Assembly: GCA_038087875.1 (NCBI GenBank)
Contig: CM075994.1
Span: forward strand, 682,001 to 746,000
DNA from: Malacoraja senta
Taxonomy: Eukaryota
DNA: 64,000 nucleotides
Reading direction: 5' to 3'
In this document: in pieces, positions 57,267 through 64,000 of the stretch
How positions within the stretch are numbered: the stretch's first letter is position 1
How the letters are laid out: each line of letters begins with the position of its first letter
Translations under genes and position numbers: made by a program
Notes under the pieces: generated by a model
The model's input: only the letters and a program-made list of their open reading frames with translations
Told to the model about the DNA's origin: nothing
Databases searched by the model: none

Positions 57267-60200
57267 TCAGGTTCCTCGTACATCTTTCCCCCTCACCTTA
57301 ACAGCTATGCACAGAGCAGCGAAGGGGGACGTGAGCAGGGCGTTCAACAGCGCTCTGAACCTGCTCTGGGTGAGGGCGTACACACGGGTGTTTGTGCAGG
57401 AACCGAGGCACTTCAGCAACATCGCGACTTGCACGGCCGCGTACAGCGAGCGGGGGCCGAGGAACATCACCGTCGCGCGCACCCTGACCCAGGCGTGGAT
57501 CACCGTGATGGGAACGGCCAGCGCCACGAAGCTCCCGGAGACGGCGAACAGCAGGGCGACCGAAGCCCTCCGGCTCCTGACCTCGGGGTCGTCGCCCCCG
57601 CCCCCCTGGCAAGAGCCCTTCAAGGCCAGTCGGGCCCTGCTGGCCCCTAGAATGTGTCTGGCGGTCAGCGAATTCAGCAGCAGCAGGACGGGGATGGGGA
57701 GGAAGGTGTTGAGGACGTTGGAGGCCCAGCGATGGGCGGACCACAGTGGGGATTCCAGGTGACCCGGCACAGGGCAGCAACCGTAGGCCACACGGTGAAC
57801 GGTGAAACAGGGCCGGTAGCGGAGAGGCAAGGGCGCGTTCGTCAACACACTGACCATTCCTACCGCCGCTAGCACCATGGCCGCGGTTCTCTCGGTGCAA
57901 TAAGTGCGCCTCAGCTTCCGGCAACAGATAGCCACGAAACGGTCACACGTGAAGGACACGGTGAACCAGGTATTGAGCTGGAAACTGAAGCCTTGCAGGT
58001 AGGCACTGAGCCGGCTCACGGGCGTGTAGCGGAGCGGAGACCCGGGGAAGTGGTACCTGAAAGGCCAAGAAACGCCGGGGTGACTCAGCGGGTCAGGCAG
58101 CGGCCCTGGAAAGAACAATAGATACAAAACGCTGGAGTAACTCAGCGGGTCAGGCAGCAAATGGAGGAAAGATAAACACAAAACGCTGGGGTAACGCAGC
58201 GGGTCGGCACGGTGGCGCAGCGGTAGAGTTGCTGCCAGAGACCCGGGTTCGATTCTGACTACGGGTGCAGTCTGCCCGGAGATTGGCCGTTCTCCCCGTG
58301 ACATCGTGGGTATTCTCCGGGTGCCCAAGGTTTCCTCTAACTTTTGCAATCAGACCAGTGGAGTGTGGGAGCATCACGGAGCATCCGGATAAAACCCACG
58401 CAGTCACATGCAGAATGTTCATACTACACACAGACACACCATAGTCACAGTCGAACCCAGGTCTTTAGTGCTGTGCGGGGAACAGGAGCGGGGAGGCGTG
58501 GGAAGAGAGAGGGGTGGTGTGGGGTAGAATGGAATGGGCTTTGGGGGAGGTTGGTGAAAGGTTACCTAAAATCGGAGTATTCAATGTGCATACCGTTGGG
58601 TTGTAAGATGCTGTTCCTCCAGTTTGCGTGTGGCCTCACTCTGGCAGTGAAGGAGGCCCAGGATTTAAAAAAAAAGGCCAGTGCGGTAACGGGAAGGGAA
58701 TGGTTAAAAACCGGGAGATCCGGCAGGTCTTGGCGGACCGAGCGCAAGTGTTCGGCGAAATTTTCGCACAGTCGACATACACATTGTCTTGCCGATGTCC
58801 AGGATGCCACATCGGGAAGTGGGATATCTCCCGGTGGCCAAACACTTTTACTCCTCCTCCCATTCGCACACCTACCCATTCTGTCAGGGGCCTCCTCCAT
58901 TGTCAGAGTGAGGCCCAGCGCAAACAGGAGCAACAGCACCTCGTGTTTCGCTTGGGCAGCTTACACCCCAGCTTGACTTCTCTAACTCCAAGTGACCCTT
59001 GCTTTTCCTCCCTCTCCATCCCATCCTAATTCCCTGACCAGTCTGACTGTCCCTTTGATTAAATATTTATCTCTCTTTGCTTCGTTGTCCACTTCCCCGA
59101 GCTAACAATGGTCCATTCTACTTTTCCCTTGATCAGAATACCACTTCACCCCCACCCCCCTTCCCAAATCTTTGGACATCCCCAAACCTTTCCATTCGTC
59201 ACTTTAATTTAATGAAATGTTTCATGTTTTCTTATGACTGTTAGCAGAATACTTTCCCTCCTGGGATTAGTAAAGTACTATCGTAATGTATGGTATCAGC
59301 GTCCCATGTGATGTCTCGTTTTCACACCTTTCCTTTTCATATCTCTGCGTGTCCCCCTCCACTGTCTCTCAGTCTGAAGAAGGCTCTCGACCCGAAACCT
59401 CACCCATTCTTCCTATCGCAGATGCTGCCTGTCCCGCCGCGGGTGGTCAGGGGAAGATAGATCAGCCATGACTGAATGTTACAGTAGACTTGACGGGCTC
59501 TTCACATTCACTCCATCCAGGCCATACACAACACCCGAGGTCAGGACTGAACCCAGGTCTTTTGCGATGTGAGGCAGCAACTCTCCCTCTGCGCCACGGT
59601 GCTACACCTAATTTTAGACAATAAGAGTGAAAACCGGCCATTCGGCCGGTCGGGTCTGCGCAGACCAGCGACTACCTGCCCAATGTTAGAAGCAATCCGT
59701 CTTCCCTTAGCATTGAAACCAAGAGCACAAAAGTGAATAAACTCATCGTTGCCCTGACTCTGACCACTGACTGGCACAATGGATGCAGAGAAAGCAACTG
59801 CAGCCAAAAACAATGAAGAGACATAGAAGGATTCAACCTCCGGTATTCCAGAGAAAACAATCCAAGTCTGTCCGACTTCTCCTTGTAGCTGATTCCCGCT
59901 AAAGCAGGCATCATTCTGGTAAGAGGCACAAAAATGCTGGATTAACTCAGTGGGTCAGACAGCATCTCTGGAGAGAAGGAATAAGTGACATTTCGGGTCG
60001 AGACCTTTATTTCAGACCAGTAAGGAGAAAAGAAAACGAGAGATATAGTCGGTGATAGAGAGAGATAAAGATCAAATGAATGAAAGCTATTCATAAAGTA
60101 ACGATGATCAAGGAAATGGAGAGCCTATGATGGCCCATTGTTGGATGAGGGCTAGGTGATAACGGGTTATACAGACAGTAAAACTCAATAAGACGACAGT

Positions 60201-60337
60201 GAAACTAGTACGACAACTAGGGTGGGGGAGGGACGGTGAGAAAACCACCGCTACATTAAATGAAATGACTTACCAGGCACACCAATGACTGCAATAATCG
60301 GGTAGAAGATCTCGATGTGAAGTGCGTACGTTCCCAT
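57267..60337 (-). pseudogene. GPR139/GPR142-like GPCR copy 2, probable pseudogene
   Basis: Exon 1 (60274-60337) and exon 3 (57267-58056) are present and open. Exon 2 is removed by a ~657-bp deletion at 59440/59441, so an exon1-exon3 splice is out of frame. The TM3 Cys is changed to Ser (TPVC to TPVS). Confidence 0.8.
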
Positions 60338-60529
60338 CCTCTGGTGAAAGGAGGCGCTCTATGAATGGGGTGCTTTGGAAACGGAAGGATTTATACGTGA
60401 GCAGATGGTCTCTTGCGACACCCATGTCATTGGCCAGAGCAAATATTCAACACAAGGGTTCGCAAACCAGCACTAATGAGACCTAATGATCCTCAGAGAT
60501 AACATTGCACTCACAACCACAGTCATTAC

Positions 60530-63448
60530 ATCAGATTCAGATTCAGATTCAACTTTATTGTCATTGTGCAGTGTACAGTACAGAGACAACGAAATGCAGT
60601 TAGCATCTCCCTAGAAGAGCGACATAAATATGAGCAGTAAATAAATAAATCTAATAAATCCTGGTGGGAGGAGTGTCCGGGGGGGTGATTGGCAGTCACC
60701 GAGGTACAGTGTTGAGTAGTGAAACAGCCGCAGGGAAGAAGCTGTTCCTGGACCTGCTGGTCCGGCGACGGAGAGACCTGTAGCGCCTCCCGGATGGTAG
60801 GAGGGTAAACAGTCTGTGGTTGGGGTGAGAGCAGTCCTTGGCGATGCTGAGTGCCCTTCGCAGACAACGCTTGCTTTGGACAGACTCAATGGTGGGGAGC
60901 GAGCAACCGGTGATGCGTTGGGCAATTTTCACCACCCTCTGCAGTGCTTTCCGGTCGGAGACAGAGCAGTAGCAATACCATGCTGTGATACAGTTAGTAA
61001 GGATACTCTCGATGGTGCAGCGGTAGAAGTTAACCAGAATCTGAGGAGACAGATGGACCTTCTTTAGTCTCCTCAGGAAGAAGAAACGCTGGTGAGCCAT
61101 CTTGACCAGAGTTGAGGTATTGTTGGTCCAAGAGAGGTCATCGGAGATGTTGACCCCCAGGAACCTGAAGCTGAAACACGTTCCACCTCCGTCCCGTTAA
61201 TGTGGATGGGGGTGTGCGTGCCGCCCCTAGACTTGCTGAAGTCTACAATGAGCTCCTTGGTCTTCTTGGAGTTAAGGGCCAGGTTGTTGTCAGTGCACCA
61301 TGCTGCTAGGAGCTGGACCTCCTCCCTATAGGCCGACTCATCGTTGTTGCTGATGAGGCCAATCACCGTTGTATCATCTGCATACTTGATGATGGTGTTA
61401 GTACCATGTACAGGTGTGCAGTCGTAGGTGAAGAGGGAGTAGAGGAGGGGGCTCAGCACATAGCCCTGTGGAACGCCGGTGTTCAGCGTGAGGGTTGAAG
61501 AGGTGTGCTTGTCTAACCTAACAGACTGGGGTCTGTTGGTTAGAAAGTCCAGTATCCAGTTGCAGAGGGAGGGGTCGATGCCCAGGTCACCGAGTTTGGT
61601 GATCAGTTTAGAGGGTATGATGGTGTTGAATGCTGAGCTGTAATCGATGAACAGCATTCTTACGTAAGTGTCTCTGTTGTCGACGTGGGAGAGGGCGGAG
61701 TGAAGTGCCGTTGAGATGGCATCCTCCGTACTCCTGTTCTTGCGGTAGGCAAACTGATAGGGATCCAATGTGGGGGGTAGGCAGCCTTTGAGGTGTGCCA
61801 GCACCAGCCTCTCGAAGTACTTGGCGATGATGGGAGTAAGTGCAACTGGGCGGAAGTCGTTGAGGCTTGCCGCAGTCGAGTGTTTTGGCACCGGCACGCT
61901 GGAGGTGGATTTACGGCACGTGGGGACAACTGCTTGGGCAAGTGACAGGTTGAAGATGTCAGTCCAGACGTCTGTCAGCTGCGCAGCACAGGCCCTGAGG
62001 ACGCGCCCGGGGATGCCGTCGGGGCCAGCAGCCTTACGTGCATTAGTCCTACTCAGTGCCACGTACACGTCGTAGGGGGTGAGTGAGAGGGGCTGGTGAT
62101 CGGCAGGGAGCACCGCCTTGATGGCCAACTGCCGATTGTCCCTATGGAAGCGGCCATAGAAGTGGTTAAGCTCCTCAAGGAAGGAGGCGTTGCTGGATGT
62201 GGGGGTGGTGTTGGTGGGTCTAAAGTCCATGATGGCCTGGATGCCTTGCCACATGCGTCGGGGGTCGGAGTTGTTGTTGAAGTGCTCCTCAATCCTGAGC
62301 TTATGGCAGTGCTTGGCCTTCTTTATGCCCTTCTTCAGGTTCGCCCTGGATGAACTATAGGCTCGGGCATCGCCTGATCTGAAAGCGGTGTCCCGTGCTT
62401 TCAGCAGTAGCCTGACCTCGCTGTTCATCCATGGCTTCTGATTCGGGAATATGGTCACCCGTTTGAGGGAGGTGACACTGTTGATGGTGGAGATTATAAA
62501 GTCCAGAACAGTCAAGGGTGGCCTGGGCTGCAAACGCCTTCCAGTCAGTGTTTCCAAAACACTGCTGAAGTGTGATGTACGCATCCACTGACCAGACTTT
62601 AACTGTCCTCACAGTGCGTTTAACCCGTCTGATGAGTGGGGAACACTTTGGGAGCAGGAACAATGAGAGGTGATCAGACTGTCCAAGGTGGGGGAGTGGG
62701 ACTGCTTTGTAAGCTACAGCCATGTTGGTGTAGACTTTGTCCAGTGTCTTGTCTTCTCTAGTGGCGAAGGAGACATGTTGGTGGAATTTGGGGAGTACAG
62801 TCTTCAGGTTGGAGTGATTGAAGTCACCCGCAACAACGAAGGCTGCCTCGGGGTTGTGAGTCTGTTGTTTGCTAATGGCAGTATGCAGATCTTTCATTGC
62901 AAGCTTGGCATTAGCATCAGGAGGAATATAGGCTGCAGTCACAACAGTGGAGGTAAACTCTCTGGGCAGATAGAACGGTCTGCAACTAACCAAGAGGAAC
63001 TCTAGGTTAGCTGAGCAGTGACTCTCGATGATGGTGGTGTCCGTGCACCATGCTTTGTTTACATAAATGCACAGACCTCCACCTCTGGTCTTTCCGGAGT
63101 CTGTTGTCCTGTCCGCTCGGAGTAAATGCCGGCCCGTTAGCTGGATGGCGCTGTCAGGAACGTCGGTGTTGAGCCAAGTTTCAGTGACGATCAAGATGCT
63201 GCAGTCTTTGATCCAGTTGTGGGAGGTGATCCTTAGCCGGAGTTCGTCCATTTTGCTTGCAAGTGAACGCACGTTGGCGAGGAAAAGGCTAGGAATCGCT
63301 AGCCTGTGTGGGACTAGCTCTAACCTGGCCTTTAACCCACCTCTGCGTCCCCGGCGGTGCTTCCGTTCACGTCGCCGTCTGTTGGTGCTTCCGGTCGGCC
63401 GAGCTGGTGCGCGCTGGTGTTCTGCCGCCCCGCGACTCCGCTGGCGTT
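60530..63448 (-). mobile_element. Rex1/Babar-like LINE (EN+RT, frameshifted), unit 2
   Basis: ORFs 62355-63272 (EN), 61073-62584 (RT) and 60696-61100, with a (TGAATC)n tail. Same insertion site as in unit 1. Confidence 0.93.
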
Positions 63449-64000
63449 CTACTAGTTTACTAGTTTAGTTTAGTTAGTGTAATCACTAGTTTAGTTTAGT
63501 AAGTGTGCTTTAGTTAATTTAATTTAGTTAGTTTGCTTTAGTTAGTTTACTTTAGTGTATTAGTTTGCTTTAATTAGTTATGTTATCATTAATCTAGTTT
63601 AGTTTTGTTTTGTTCCATTTCATTATGTTCCGTTCAATTTCATTTAGCCAAGTTAGTTTAGTTTAATTTAGTTTAGTTTAATTTAGTTTAGTTTAGTCTA
63701 TTCTAGTCGAGTATAGTTTAGTTTTGATTCGTTTATTTTAGGTTAGTTGAGTGGTACAGCTCGGAAACTTGATCTGAAACTTGATCTGAAAAGCCACATC
63801 ATCACATTCAGGCACAGTTTCTTCCCAGCTGTTATCAGGCAATTGATACACCCTAGCATAACCAGAGAGCAGTCCTGAACTACTATCTACCCTTTTGGTG
63901 ACCCTTGGTCTATCCTCTATCAGATTTCGATGTCCGGAAGTGGCGGCGCTGCCCAAGCAGCTGCGGCTGACCTGCAGTCCGTTTGTCTTTTCTTTTTGTC

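Larger units (their letters stand above)
54274..64000. repeat. Tandem segmental duplication, unit 2 (runs off the window)
   Basis: Colinear with 42520-52830. Confidence 0.9.

Overview
Eukaryotic vertebrate genomic DNA, most likely a cartilaginous fish (skate/ray). This is inferred from the dense HE1/V-SINE, CR1-like, L2, Rex1/Babar and Penelope-like repeats and from a GPR139-like receptor family gene. Most of the window is interspersed repeat, and most ORFs in the supplied track are retroelement fragments or spurious. Two host gene systems can be read from the sequence. (1) A + strand gene missed by the ORF track has a TATA box near 20306 and eight small coding exons (20422-38718), all joined by phase-1 GT-AG introns. 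It splices to a 157-aa predicted secreted protein with four copies of a C-x11-C amphipathic motif, one per exon, which I cannot assign to a known family. (2) A tandem duplication of about 11-12 kb (about 42.5-54.3 kb and 54.3-64 kb) carries two - strand GPR139/GPR142-like class A GPCR genes. Copy 1 is intact (3 exons, 329 aa). Copy 2 has lost exon 2 and the TM3 cysteine and looks like a pseudogene. The second GPCR intron consists of a Penelope-like insertion bounded by an 8-bp direct repeat that supplies both splice sites, a candidate retroelement-created intron. Nested insertions, a multiplied candidate enhancer, a foldback element, a Harbinger MITE, a Helitron end and several satellites are also visible. 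All alignments and counts were done by eye; no searches were run.
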